DNA of 64,000 nt from Aureliella sp. (GCA_963691875.1 OY829846.1:3456001-3520000), one strand, 5' to 3'. Counted from the stretch's first letter, positions 27,836-38,622 are shown. Made by a program: numbers and translations. The notes: generated from the letters alone by a model not told the origin.

Positions 27836-29602
27836 CTACTTCATGTCGTAGAGAGCCAAGTGGCGGTAGTACACTTCTAAGCAATAGATATTAAGGCAAG
27901 TGGTATAGAGCCTGCCGCCGGAAGCGCCAAACATGTCTTGGCCTGGATCCCAGCTACCAGCTTCGTCGCTAGACTTCACCTGCATCTTTGGCAAAGTAGC
28001 CTTCATGGCCTCATTCCATTCATCCCAGTATTTTCCACCAACATGGTGTAGAACCTGAGTCGCGTAGTACCAGTAGTAGACACTGTACTGCTCGGCATTC
28101 ATCTCAGGCTTATTTGGCAGAAGGTCATCCACAACTGCACTCAGCAAGGACGGGTCGCTGCGGGTCCAGCCAAGGTAGATCCGGCACAAGACACCTTCGG
28201 CCGTCATGCTCAAGCTCGGATCTCTTTCAAAATCCGAGTAGGCATAGCGGGTCTGATCTTCAAATGAAACCGAATCGAGGAACTCAGAAACGCTATCGAT
28301 TTTTTCCTTGCTGGCGGGTAGCCCAGCCATACGAGCAGTCTGAAGTGCCATCAGAAACCAGCCCGTCACCGATAAGTCAGCATCTTCGCGAGGTTCGTAA
28401 CGCCAACCCTTTTTGCGACTCTGCGACCACTCGGCAAACTGAATGGCTCGCATCGCAGACTGCCGCAGCTCTTCGTCTTCGGTCATACCGTAGGCTTCAG
28501 TAACCGCGATAGATGCGATCGCCTGAGCATACATTTGCTGTCGAGATGGCTCTCGCTTGGAATAGAAACCTTCGCTGTCTTGGCGACGCGTCAAGTATTT
28601 TAGGCCGAGCTTAACGTTCGATGCATACTTGCCTTCTTGATGCGTGTAGCCAGCCCCAAGAAAGGCGTTGAGTGCCAAGGCGGTCGCAGCAGTACGATTT
28701 TCCTGGGCACCACCATCGGAGTAGGGACCGATCAAACTCCAGCTACCATCACTCTTTTGTTGTTTGGCCAACCACTTCAAGCCTAGTTCAACGGCGCTTT
28801 CCGTCTCGGCACTTCCACCGAACTTCGCAAGCAGCGCGTCCTTCAGTGGACCTTGGCGGCCAGTGAGTCCGTTGCGGATTCCAAAAGGAATCGTCTCGAG
28901 CTTAACCGTATCCGCTAAATCTGCTTCCTGCGCGACGACATCAAAGTCTGGCATTTCCAGTAGCTTCAGCGTCTCGATGGGATCAGCAGTCTCTTCCACG
29001 ACAGATACAGGCTCAACCTCCACCATCTCTGATGTGTCGGCAGTCTCGTCACCCTTTACTTGAATATCGCCGTACTTGTCGTCGGCGGCTTCACCAAGCA
29101 TCAGACTGAATGAGCCTTCGGTAAGATCACGAATAGGAATCAGCGCCAGGATGAGTAGCAAAGCGAGATGGAATACAAAGCTCACCAACCAGGACGGCGC
29201 ACGGCGGCCCTCTTCTTCTTGCTTAGCCGCATTTTCACTCGCCGTTTGCGGAACCCTTCGCCAACTGAAAAATCGCCTACTCAAGGTCTGGCTTCGCGTG
29301 CGATTCGGGAGCTCCGTATTGGGCCGAGCGACCGGTTGAGAAACCGGCTGCAACCTGGGCTCTAGCGTACGTTGCTGAAGGTTTTTTCGGGCAGATGGTT
29401 GAGACGAAGAACTTCGTGGATTTTTACGTTTCGCTTGTGTTGAAGGCGACGGGGGCGGTACTGGAGTCGGAGGAATGGCAGGCTTCGCGGCAGGTGGCTT
29501 GGGCTCAGGCGGTGAGGACGGAGGAACCGGGACCGGAGGAGGAACCTGGTTGCCGCGCGGATTTTCCATCGTGCCTGAATCTTGTGACAAGCTCACGACC
29601 AA
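27836..29602 (-). CDS. Prenyltransferase/squalene oxidase repeat protein with N-terminal Pro-rich region and TM anchor
   Basis: SWLVSFVFHLALLLILAL TM; GLKWLAKQQKSDGSW, GWRY..DLSVTGW, YYWYYATQ and GGRLYTT..LEVYYRHL. Confidence 0.88.
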   Translation of the reverse strand: MVVSLSQDSGTMENPRGNQVPPPVPVPPSSPPEPKPPAAKPAIPPTPVPPPSPSTQAKRKNPRSSSSQPSARKNLQQRTLEPRLQPVSQPVARPNTELPNRTRSQTLSRRFFSWRRVPQTASENAAKQEEEGRRAPSWLVSFVFHLALLLILALIPIRDLTEGSFSLMLGEAADDKYGDIQVKGDETADTSEMVEVEPVSVVEETADPIETLKLLEMPDFDVVAQEADLADTVKLETIPFGIRNGLTGRQGPLKDALLAKFGGSAETESAVELGLKWLAKQQKSDGSWSLIGPYSDGGAQENRTAATALALNAFLGAGYTHQEGKYASNVKLGLKYLTRRQDSEGFYSKREPSRQQMYAQAIASIAVTEAYGMTEDEELRQSAMRAIQFAEWSQSRKKGWRYEPREDADLSVTGWFLMALQTARMAGLPASKEKIDSVSEFLDSVSFEDQTRYAYSDFERDPSLSMTAEGVLCRIYLGWTRSDPSLLSAVVDDLLPNKPEMNAEQYSVYYWYYATQVLHHVGGKYWDEWNEAMKATLPKMQVKSSDEAGSWDPGQDMFGASGGRLYTTCLNIYCLEVYYRHLALYDMK

Positions 29603-30001
29603 CCCTCTTGAGAAAGAAAAGGTGTCTCGGGTGCCAAGCTTTACTTAGGAGAGAATTCAGAAAGAGAACATCGAGCCAGCTTCACAGCTCATAAGACTTA
29701 CTCGGTTCTTTGCCATAAACGGGCCAAGACATCCACAATTCTAACACTTTCCCCACGCCAATTGCACAAAAAGCTGACGAATCCCTTGGCTCAAACTCAC
29801 AGTACGAACATCGCGAGCTGAACAGCTGTCCACTAGCCTAGGAGCACTTCTGATCACGCGTGTTTCCGCTGAAATAGCGGATTATCAGGATTCCCATTTC
29901 TGCGTGACCAAAGGTGTCTGAGCCCTCGCGAAACTGAGACTACGCCACTTGAGATTGCTCTCAAGAGGCTTTCGCAAAGTCTCGTTTGTAGGACTCCAGC
30001 C

Positions 30002-30337
30002 TTGTCGACAGCCGTTCTCGAAACAACTGATTCTCAACTTCTACTGCCTTTCGAAGCGTCTTGGCCTGAAATCTCCGAGAGTAACTGGGAAAAAGGCTGG
30101 GATACTGCTGACTGGGGGGCAGATGCAGATGAAACAACCGACGAATTACTCTCCGACTTCGAGAATGAGCTTGCCGCTCAGCTGAAGCCAAGGGCTCAAG
30201 CTCGGCCAGAAAGCGAGCTTGAGCCTAAGAAAATGGGAGAATTCATGCACCAAGTACTCCTCAGCTATGGTATCACCGAAGCCGAAATCGCTCAGGGAAT
30301 CGCTGATTACGCGGCCAAACAGCTTCAATTCTGCTAA
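30002..30337 (+). CDS. Small acidic hypothetical protein
   Basis: TTG start preceded by AGGA; fills the intergenic space; amphipathic C-terminal helices (MGEFMHQVLLSYGITEAEI). Confidence 0.6.
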   Translation: MSTAVLETTDSQLLLPFEASWPEISESNWEKGWDTADWGADADETTDELLSDFENELAAQLKPRAQARPESELEPKKMGEFMHQVLLSYGITEAEIAQGIADYAAKQLQFC

Positions 30338-30788
30338 CCCAGCCAGCAATCTTCCTTGGGCCCTAACGAGCGCAACGCTTTTACGGCACGAGCTGATCCA
30401 ACAGCGGGCAGAGCCCCTAGTCAATCGCTTGATTGGTCAAAATGACGGTCCGAAAAGAGCCAAGGCGGCGGAATCTGGCTTAGCTAGCTTCTCTACCTGC
30501 ACCCAGTAGCCTACAGCGGACAAATCCCTCCAAGTGCCTCTCTGCCAGTTACTTACGCAAATGGCAGGAAAATCTAGGCTTGTGAGTTTCTCACCTCGCT
30601 CGTAATATTTTGAGTTTGCTCCAAAGCCTCTGCGCGGATGGTACGCGAACTGCTCGACAGCAAGCGTCATCGCGGGCACGCTGAATTGGCGTTTTACAAC
30701 AACACCCCGTTCACCTGCTGCTGGCTTGGTTTCGTCACTGGGAACAGGATTGATGGAGCCTTGAAATTAGCATTGTCCGCCCGAATTC

Positions 30789-31205
30789 ATGATTGCTAGC
30801 CTTACATATCTGCTCCACCTACCCTTGCTGTTGGCGCAAAAAGGCGAATCAAGTGAACCGGTTGCAGATGAAAAGGCAACAGGGGAGCCTACACAAAGTC
30901 TGATCGTTCAGATTTTGCAGGATCCTTTTGCTCTCATCATCATCAGTGGCATGCTCTTTATTCTGCTCGTTTTGCGACCCCAGCAAAGGCAGATGAAGCG
31001 GCAGCAACAGTTGCTGTCAGGAATGAAGAAAAACGATCGAGTGATCACCTCAGGTGGCGTTCACGGAACAGTCATCCAAGCTAGCACTGACGAGACGACG
31101 GTTGTAATTCGAATCGACGACAATTCCGGTGCACGCATGACGGTAAACCGAGATGCCATAGCAACGATTGTCACCGCAGAAACCAAAGACAAAAAGAATT
31201 CGTAA
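30789..31205 (+). CDS. yajC: Preprotein translocase subunit YajC
   Basis: LRPQQRQ..MKKNDRVITSGGVHGTV; directly upstream of secDF. Confidence 0.95.
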   Translation: MIASLTYLLHLPLLLAQKGESSEPVADEKATGEPTQSLIVQILQDPFALIIISGMLFILLVLRPQQRQMKRQQQLLSGMKKNDRVITSGGVHGTVIQASTDETTVVIRIDDNSGARMTVNRDAIATIVTAETKDKKNS

Positions 31206-31280
31206 CTCCAACGATTCAAACAAACAGATTCATCCTTAACCGAATTCTCAATGAATTCCATTTGAATTGGATTTCCTGGA

Positions 31281-34200
31281 ATGGACATTTCCATCATTGA
31301 TTTTTTGACTGTCCCACTCTTCTTGGCTCAAGGTATGGGCCAGGATCCAAGTGCAACCGACCAACAAGACAGCTGGATTCCACTCATCACAAACATTGGC
31401 ATTGTCTTGGCAATCTTTGTCCTACCGTTTGTGGTAAGCCACTTAGTCGCCAAGGCAGTTCGCATGCCGGATCACGCGTTCAAGCTGGGCGTGATGATCG
31501 CTGCTGTCACTGCTGGCCTGCTGTTCTCATGGAAGAATGATTTCCAGCTCCTGCTTGGCCCGGACATGAAGGGCGGAACGACGCTGGTTTACGACATCAT
31601 TGAAACCGATGGTGAATTGGATGCCGGGGCCCTAGCCACTGCCCTTGGCGACCGCCTCAATCCCTCAGGCACTCAAGAGATCTCGATTCGCAAACGCGGC
31701 GAATCGCAAATCGAAATCACAGTGCCAAACGTCGATGAGTACGAACTCAAGCGAATCAAAGACATTATCGGAAAAGCCGGTCAGCTTCAGTTTCAAATTG
31801 TTGCCAACGGCTCCGACCACCGCGATGTGATTGAGCAAGCTCGGATTCAAGCGAAAACTTCCAATTCGGACGAGATCATTGCCTCCGATGAGACTCCCCT
31901 GGGGCGATGGGTCACCGTGGGTCGCGAGTCAACGAAGGTGGAAGGGATTTACCCTCTCAAGACGCCTGTTCTGGGCGATATCTTGCGAAACACGGTTACA
32001 GGCGAACTTATTGAGCCGCCTCGAAGCTCGGATGGCAAGTACGCTCTCGAAAAGTGGATGGACGCCAACGGTATCCGCGACGTCGATGTGTTGATGTCTT
32101 ACGGAATAGCAGGGACTCCTTATTCTGTCGTCTCAGGTGACGACTTAGCTTCAGCACAGACGAAGTTTGGTAATTCGGGCTACGAAGTGGAGTTTCGGCT
32201 TGGACCAACTGGCGCGAAAAAGATGCTCGATTTGACAGTTGCCAACCAACCTCGTCCTGATGGCTCGAAGCGACGCATGGCCATCATCATGGACGACCGA
32301 GTCCTTTCGGCTCCAAACCTTAACTCGCCCATTAGTAATCAGGGTGTCATCCAAGGAAATTTCAAGCGGGAAGAAGTCGAATATCTGGTCACGATCCTCC
32401 GAGCGGGACGCCTACCAGCAACACTCGATAAAGAGCCTGCCAGTGAATCTCGCGTTGGTGCCGGTCTCGGTGCGACTACGATTTCCAAGGGAACAAACGC
32501 TTCGATCTGGGCGATCGTAACTACCTTCGCCTGCATCTTGATGTACTACCGCTTCTCAGGTGTGGTTGCGTCGCTCGCCTTGATAATCAACGGCATCCTG
32601 ATTTTCGGAATCATGATTTTCATCAGCCAACCGCTCACCTTGCCGGGCCTAGCCGGTTTGGTTTTAACGGTCGGTATGTCGGTCGATGCAAACGTCCTGA
32701 TCTTCGAACGGATACGAGAGGAGAAAGCGAAGGGCTCTGCTCCGCGAATGTCGATTCGCAATGGCTTCGATCGGGCCTTTACCACGATTATCGATGCCAA
32801 CTTGACGACGCTGATCGCGGCGATCGTCTTGTACTGGATCGGAACGGATCAAGTTCGCGGATTTGCTGTCGCATTGGTGATCGGAATTCTAACCAGTATG
32901 TTCACCGCTACCTTCTGTTCGCGAATCGTTTTTGAGATCGCTGAGAAGCTGAAGATGGTGAGCCTGTCGATGTCCGACGGAGTAGGCTTCCTCAAGAAGT
33001 CCTTCTTGGGTGATCGCGATATCAACTTTATGAATTGGCGTCAGATCTGCTTCGTACTTTCTCTCGTGGTCATCGTCGGTGGACTTGGCGGCGTTGCTAT
33101 GCGAGGTCGGCAATTGCTGAACATCGACTTCACGGGCGGTACAAGTGTAACTTTCCAACTGACGAAGGGATTACCCGCTGATAAAGTCCGTGAGATTACC
33201 GGTCGAATCCTAAGTGCTGCCGACACGGCCGAAAATAAGGTCGAGTCGAAACTCGTGAATGTTGAAAAGGGTGAAAAGGACACTGTCTACACTCTTGTAA
33301 CATCGATCGAGAGCCAAGAACGTCTATCACAGCTGCTTACAGAAGGCTTCGCCGCTGAGCCCGAGACTGATTTGAAAACCTACAAGATCGATGTAACTCG
33401 AGACGATGTTTCGAGCAACGAGGATTTTCTGAACCAGCGTGTTCGCTACGTTTCGATGCAGGCTGCTGATACACCACCCCAAGAAGGTACTTCCGAAGAA
33501 GCCAAGAAACCTGAGGCAGAAGCACCCGAAGGACAAGAAGGCACTGAGCCTGAGACTGCACCCGAGACAGCACCAGCGGCTGATCCTGCTCCAGCAACTC
33601 AGGAACCTACGGCCGAAGTAACCACTGATCCTGCAGATACCACCCCTCCGGCAACTGGTGGTGAAGAACCAACTGGAGCTGAAGATGGACCGACTGAGCC
33701 TGTTGCACCTGCACCTATTGAATTCACCAAACTGACTCTGACCCTTGCTGGCAGTACCGACACCGCAAAGGATTCAGATGAAGACAAGGGTGCTCGCATC
33801 GCAGGAGCTTCGCTTCAAGAAGAGCTTATCAAAGCAGCTCAAGCGGCAAACGTCGAAATGAACAAGAATGCGATCGAGCTAGAGCCAGTCAAGATGCCCG
33901 AGGATGGCTGGACGATGGACGACGTGAAGGGATTCTCGGAGTGGAAGGTCCGTCTACCGGTTGGTCAAGCAGATGCTGACGCCATCGTCCGACAGTTGCA
34001 ATCAGACCTAGAAAAGCAACCGTTGTGGCTCTCGCTGGATTCGATCGGAGGCAAAGTCGCAGGTGAGATGCAGCAACGTGCGATCGCAGCGATCTTGATC
34101 AGCCTGATCTTCATCGTGGCCTATATTTGGTTCCGCTTCCAAAAGGTCGCGTACGGCTTGGCTGCGGTTGTTGCTCTTGTGCACGACGTATTGATCACCC

Positions 34201-34628
34201 TCGGTATTCTTGCACTGTGCCATTGGCTTGCCGGACCACTTGGATTCTTGCTCATCGAAGACTTTAAGATCGGTTTGACTGAAATTGCCGCCTTCCTCAC
34301 GATCATCGGTTACTCGTTGAATGACACGATCGTTGTGTTCGACCGTATTCGTGAAGTCCGCGGACGAAGTCCGAAGCTCAGCGGTGAGATGATTAACGAC
34401 AGTGTGAACCAGACTTTAAGTCGTACCCTGCTAACCTCGGGAACAACACTGGTAACAGTACTGCTGCTCTACGTCTTCGGTGGCGAAGGCATTCATGCAT
34501 TCGCGTTTGCTTTATTGATAGGCGTTTTAGTCGGTACCTACAGTTCGGTCTTCATTGCTGCTCCCGTTCTGCTGTGGATCTCAAATCGAGAAAAGAGCCC
34601 AAGCAAGATGCGAGCTGCGAACAGCTAA
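31281..34628 (+). CDS. secDF: Fused protein translocase subunit SecDF
   Basis: LGPDMKGG, LRAGRLP, GMSVDANVLIFERIREE, IDFTGG and GYSLNDTIVVFDRIRE. Confidence 0.96.
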   Translation: MDISIIDFLTVPLFLAQGMGQDPSATDQQDSWIPLITNIGIVLAIFVLPFVVSHLVAKAVRMPDHAFKLGVMIAAVTAGLLFSWKNDFQLLLGPDMKGGTTLVYDIIETDGELDAGALATALGDRLNPSGTQEISIRKRGESQIEITVPNVDEYELKRIKDIIGKAGQLQFQIVANGSDHRDVIEQARIQAKTSNSDEIIASDETPLGRWVTVGRESTKVEGIYPLKTPVLGDILRNTVTGELIEPPRSSDGKYALEKWMDANGIRDVDVLMSYGIAGTPYSVVSGDDLASAQTKFGNSGYEVEFRLGPTGAKKMLDLTVANQPRPDGSKRRMAIIMDDRVLSAPNLNSPISNQGVIQGNFKREEVEYLVTILRAGRLPATLDKEPASESRVGAGLGATTISKGTNASIWAIVTTFACILMYYRFSGVVASLALIINGILIFGIMIFISQPLTLPGLAGLVLTVGMSVDANVLIFERIREEKAKGSAPRMSIRNGFDRAFTTIIDANLTTLIAAIVLYWIGTDQVRGFAVALVIGILTSMFTATFCSRIVFEIAEKLKMVSLSMSDGVGFLKKSFLGDRDINFMNWRQICFVLSLVVIVGGLGGVAMRGRQLLNIDFTGGTSVTFQLTKGLPADKVREITGRILSAADTAENKVESKLVNVEKGEKDTVYTLVTSIESQERLSQLLTEGFAAEPETDLKTYKIDVTRDDVSSNEDFLNQRVRYVSMQAADTPPQEGTSEEAKKPEAEAPEGQEGTEPETAPETAPAADPAPATQEPTAEVTTDPADTTPPATGGEEPTGAEDGPTEPVAPAPIEFTKLTLTLAGSTDTAKDSDEDKGARIAGASLQEELIKAAQAANVEMNKNAIELEPVKMPEDGWTMDDVKGFSEWKVRLPVGQADADAIVRQLQSDLEKQPLWLSLDSIGGKVAGEMQQRAIAAILISLIFIVAYIWFRFQKVAYGLAAVVALVHDVLITLGILALCHWLAGPLGFLLIEDFKIGLTEIAAFLTIIGYSLNDTIVVFDRIREVRGRSPKLSGEMINDSVNQTLSRTLLTSGTTLVTVLLLYVFGGEGIHAFAFALLIGVLVGTYSSVFIAAPVLLWISNREKSPSKMRAANS

Positions 34629-34670
34629 GAAGGCCAATCGGACGCTTCGCAAGTATCTAACAGATTCACG

Positions 34671-34700
34671 AAAGGCCGAGCAAATTTGCTCGGCCTTTTG
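34671..34700 (+). terminator. Rho-independent terminator after secDF
   Basis: Perfect 28-bp palindrome AAAGGCCGAGCAAATTTGCTCGGCCTTT, ending in a short T-run. Confidence 0.8.
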
Positions 34701-34841
34701 CTTGCGCACTCGGATCTCGCTTCCATAGGAATAAGTGTGGAAGTGCAACATTCCCTTCATCATGAGGGCGCAGCACTCTAGCAAAGGCACTAGAATAGGG
34801 CAGGCGTTCTTCCAATTGTCCATCGGCTGCCGAGGTCAACG

Positions 34842-36167
34842 ATGACAAACCCTTCAGCAATCCATTTGTGCAGTCTATTTCGCTCAGCATTGCTTGCTGG
34901 CATGATACTGAGCCAATCCTGGTGCGCCTCGGAGATTTACGCCCAAAACGCGAGCGATCAGGAAGTCAAAGCTCTGATCGAACAGCTCCATTCTCCTGTC
35001 TTCAAAGAACGCGAAGCTGCAACCGAAGCTTTACTCGCCTTGGGCACGCGATCTGTTGCAGCACTACGGGTGCTTGAGTCTGAGAATCTGGAGGCAACAA
35101 CCCGGGCCGACGCAATATTGAAGAAGATTGAAGAGACTATCTTCAAGGACGCAGCCCAGCAGTTCCTAAGGAAAGGCGCGGAGCCCGATCCAGACATCAT
35201 GCCAAGCTGGCGACATTACTCAAGCATTGTAGGCAGATCGCGTTCCGCCAAACTTCTGTTTCTGGATATGCTGCGGGTGCAAAGAGAGTTTGCAAAACTC
35301 ATTGAGCTTCACACAGAGAGCCCGACTAAAGAAAACACTGTTCAGGTTCGCACCGCCACAGAGAAGCTCGCTGCGGAACTAACATTCCTTCGCACTCGAA
35401 AAGCAATTCTTCCAGAGCTGGGAGATATTGTAGCGGTACTAATGGGTGCAAGTTTACTCGAGGGCCAAGCTCCAGTGCCCGTGAACGAATTCCTGGTTAT
35501 CAGCAGCTATACGATCCCTGTCACAAAACATATCGACAGTCGAGGCTACGGCCAGGCACTCAAAAGTCTATTCGCCATTTGGATCCCAAAGATCCATGAA
35601 TCGCGTGCCGCTGATGCTATGCGCATTGCGTTGCGTTACAAGTACTCAACTGTAGCCGAGCTGGCGCGGCGCTACGTGACTGAGAACTACGATGCTCGAA
35701 CGCGTGAGAGAGCCATTCAGTGCTTGGCTGAATTCGGCAACGAAAAGACAGACCTCCCCCTTCTCATCAAATTGCTCGACGACGGACAAATATGTGACCA
35801 ATTCGCCCTGAACCAGTTCTTGAGTCTTCCAAACGACATACGCGTGACAGATGAGAATCCGCCACAAGCCCCCTTTGGTAAGCAAGACGATGCCCCCGAT
35901 CCTAACGCGAGATTTGAGTATCGCATTCAAGATATCGCGCTCGCTGCGTGCATGATGCTTGTGGAAGAAGATCTGGAGCAAGTCTTTCAAAAACCGCTAG
36001 TGCCACCCGCCTATGTATTTGGTCGCTTCCAGCTTGCCATCCAGGCCACGGCCGAAGCAAGGAAGAAACGCTCGGAACAAATCGGTGCATGGAAGAGTAA
36101 GCTGAAAAAACGAGCCAATAACTCCTCAACGCATTCCGCAAGCGATGCGACACCCAACGGCGCGTAG
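34842..36167 (+). CDS. Secreted HEAT-repeat-like hypothetical protein
   Basis: Signal peptide; LIEQLHSPVFKEREAATEALLALG HEAT-like unit; helical repeats. Confidence 0.78.
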   Translation: MTNPSAIHLCSLFRSALLAGMILSQSWCASEIYAQNASDQEVKALIEQLHSPVFKEREAATEALLALGTRSVAALRVLESENLEATTRADAILKKIEETIFKDAAQQFLRKGAEPDPDIMPSWRHYSSIVGRSRSAKLLFLDMLRVQREFAKLIELHTESPTKENTVQVRTATEKLAAELTFLRTRKAILPELGDIVAVLMGASLLEGQAPVPVNEFLVISSYTIPVTKHIDSRGYGQALKSLFAIWIPKIHESRAADAMRIALRYKYSTVAELARRYVTENYDARTRERAIQCLAEFGNEKTDLPLLIKLLDDGQICDQFALNQFLSLPNDIRVTDENPPQAPFGKQDDAPDPNARFEYRIQDIALAACMMLVEEDLEQVFQKPLVPPAYVFGRFQLAIQATAEARKKRSEQIGAWKSKLKKRANNSSTHSASDATPNGA

Positions 36168-36191
36168 CACGTCAAATGTGAGCATGAGGCG

Positions 36192-37367
36192 GTGGAGCAA
36201 ACATTGACCTGGAAAGATTATTTTGAGGCGGCTCTCCAGGACAAAGCTGCCGCCAGTGGCCTGCGAGTACAGGGGGGGCAGGTCGATACGGCTGATGGTA
36301 GCTGGATCGACTTCGGCAGCAACGACTACCTCGGTCTTCGCAAACATCCGCAGGTTCTGGGGACATTAAGACTACTGTCTCCCTTCGGCAGCGGTGCAAG
36401 CCCAGTGCTGTCGGGGCATACACGTATCCACCAGGATGTCGAAGAGCTTCTTGCTGCCCTCTCGGGCTCAAGTCGCAGCATGGTGTTCAGCAGTGGTTTT
36501 TCCTGCAACACCGGAGTTATCGCCGCTTTGGCACAAGCAGAAGATCTGATCCTGAGCGACCAGCTCAACCATGCCAGCCTTATCGATGGAAGTCGACTCT
36601 CCAAAGCGAAGGTGCACGTCTATCGACATCTCGATGTCGAATCAGTCGCGATGTACCTTCGCCAACATCGACATGAGTTTCGGAAATGCCTTTTGGTTAC
36701 CGAATCGGTCTTTAGCATGGACGGCGACGTTGCCCCTCTTACAGAGCTTTCAGCAGTCTGCGAGAAGTACGACTGCGGACTTGTTGTCGACGAAGCGCAT
36801 GCAACTGGAATCTACGGCCAAAAGGGAGGCGGGCTAACGGAAGAGTTGTCGCTTCAACAGAAAGTACTGTGCAAGCTCGGGACACTCAGCAAGGCTATAG
36901 GCGGCGTGGGAGGATTCGTCAGTGGCTCAGAGTCTTGTATTCACTACCTGATCAATCATTGTCGCAGCTACATCTTCAGCACGGCACCGTCTCCAAGCGT
37001 GATGCATGGAGTTCTAGCAGCTCTACAACTCCTCCCCGGTATGGAGCAGGAACGGATGCAGCTCCGTTCTGCAAGTCGCCAACTACGAGCAGAGCTGGGA
37101 CAGCAAGGTTGGCAGTGCAGCGCCCAGGACTCACTTGCAACGGCTACGGATCCAGATAGCCCTATCATTCCGGTGGTCGTAGGCAGTGCCGAACGTGCAC
37201 TGCATTTGAGTCGACAATTGCTCGAGGAAAAAATACACGTTCCTGCAATCCGCCCCCCAACCGTGCCTGAGGGTAGCTGCCGATTACGACTTAGCTTGAG
37301 TGTCCGACATACACAAAGAGATTTCGCCAAGCTGACAAGCGTCATGGCTAGAATCACAGACGTCTAA
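36192..37367 (+). CDS. bioF: 8-amino-7-oxononanoate synthase (class II PLP aminotransferase)
   Basis: FGSNDYLGL, NHASLIDG, ESVFSMDGD, DEAHATG, TLSKAIG and AIRPPTVPEG. Confidence 0.88.
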   Translation: MEQTLTWKDYFEAALQDKAAASGLRVQGGQVDTADGSWIDFGSNDYLGLRKHPQVLGTLRLLSPFGSGASPVLSGHTRIHQDVEELLAALSGSSRSMVFSSGFSCNTGVIAALAQAEDLILSDQLNHASLIDGSRLSKAKVHVYRHLDVESVAMYLRQHRHEFRKCLLVTESVFSMDGDVAPLTELSAVCEKYDCGLVVDEAHATGIYGQKGGGLTEELSLQQKVLCKLGTLSKAIGGVGGFVSGSESCIHYLINHCRSYIFSTAPSPSVMHGVLAALQLLPGMEQERMQLRSASRQLRAELGQQGWQCSAQDSLATATDPDSPIIPVVVGSAERALHLSRQLLEEKIHVPAIRPPTVPEGSCRLRLSLSVRHTQRDFAKLTSVMARITDV

Positions 37368-37557
37368 GCAGATAAACAACACCTTGCACCCTTTCGTCAC
37401 AAAGTACGCTGAGTTTGAAGGCCCCTATCCGAAGCGGTCTTGATTCCCTGCCTGGACGTACCTCATCATATGTGATAGCAAACAAGTTTACCGAGCTTGT
37501 CTCCAACCAATGCTAGCACTTTACCGCAACCGGTTTTGATACAAATAGGATGATGCA

Positions 37558-38493
37558 ATGCCACGTGGAAACGTCTATTCAAATGCCGCCCAGGCCATCG
37601 GCGACACTCCGATGATCCAAATCAACCGCCTTATTCCCGAAGGTGCTGCGACGGTCTTTGCCAAATGCGAGTTTTTTCAGCCGCTCAATAGCGTCAAGGA
37701 CCGAATTGGAGCCGCGATGATTGAAGCTGGCGAGCTTGATGGCAAGATTACTGCAGACACGCATATCATCGAACCCACCAGCGGCAACACTGGAATCGCA
37801 TTGGCATTCGTCTGCGCCGCCAAAGGCTACAAGCTTACGCTAACCATGCCCGAGTCGATGTCGGTTGAGCGTAGGGCATTGCTGCGAGCGATGGGAGCAA
37901 ACCTAGTCCTGACTCCGGCAGCAGAGGGTATGAAAGGAGCGATCGGTAAAGCTGAGGAGTTGGTTGCATCGGAAGCAGACAGCTTCATGCCACAGCAATT
38001 CCAGAACCCAGCAAATCCCGCGATTCACGAAAAGACAACCGGCCCTGAGATCTGGGAGGACAGTGGTCACAATATTGATGCGATCATCGCCGGCGTCGGA
38101 ACAGGCGGAACCATTACGGGCTCCTCCCGTTTTCTGAAGAGCCAAAACCCAGACTTCAAAGCAATCGCAGTGGAACCGGTTCACAGCCCAGTTATCAGTG
38201 GCGGGAGCCCAGGCAAGCACCGTATTCAAGGAATTGGAGCAGGTTTCATCCCTGACAACTTGGACACTTCACTTGTTGACGAAGTCATCAAGGTCGACGA
38301 TGAAGAGGCCTTTGAGTGGGGACGCAAGCTGGCCAAGCACGAAGGTATCGTCGCGGGCATCAGCAGCGGTGCAAACATGTGCGCTGCCGCACAGGTCGCA
38401 GCCCGTCCCGAGTTCAAAGGTAAACGTATCGTGACGATCATGTGCTCGCTGGGCGAACGATACCTCTCAACTCCGCTGTTTGCTGACACCTAA
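37558..38493 (+). CDS. cysK: Cysteine synthase A
   Basis: SVKDRIG, EPTSGNTG, GVGTGGT, IQGIGAGFIP and GERYLST. Confidence 0.96.
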   Translation: MPRGNVYSNAAQAIGDTPMIQINRLIPEGAATVFAKCEFFQPLNSVKDRIGAAMIEAGELDGKITADTHIIEPTSGNTGIALAFVCAAKGYKLTLTMPESMSVERRALLRAMGANLVLTPAAEGMKGAIGKAEELVASEADSFMPQQFQNPANPAIHEKTTGPEIWEDSGHNIDAIIAGVGTGGTITGSSRFLKSQNPDFKAIAVEPVHSPVISGGSPGKHRIQGIGAGFIPDNLDTSLVDEVIKVDDEEAFEWGRKLAKHEGIVAGISSGANMCAAAQVAARPEFKGKRIVTIMCSLGERYLSTPLFADT

Positions 38494-38622
38494 AGCGACC
38501 AGCAGAAGAGCTTCTACCACTGGAAAGTGTTTTCGCGGAAGGTAATACGGCTTGAAAACGAACTTGGGCTGGCAGATTCTGACGCGTCTTCCGCCTAAGC
38601 CCTCGACAGCGAGTCTTCTTGC

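Noticed and set aside
27836..29602. True squalene-hopene cyclase or terpene biosynthetic cluster
   Set aside because: Single barrel with a TM anchor, no DxDD catalytic motif, and no neighbouring isoprenoid genes; a common planctomycete repeat protein.
34671..34698. Perfect 28-bp palindrome as a mobile-element end or recombination site
   Set aside because: Its position about 40 bp after the secDF stop and the T-run fit an ordinary intrinsic terminator.
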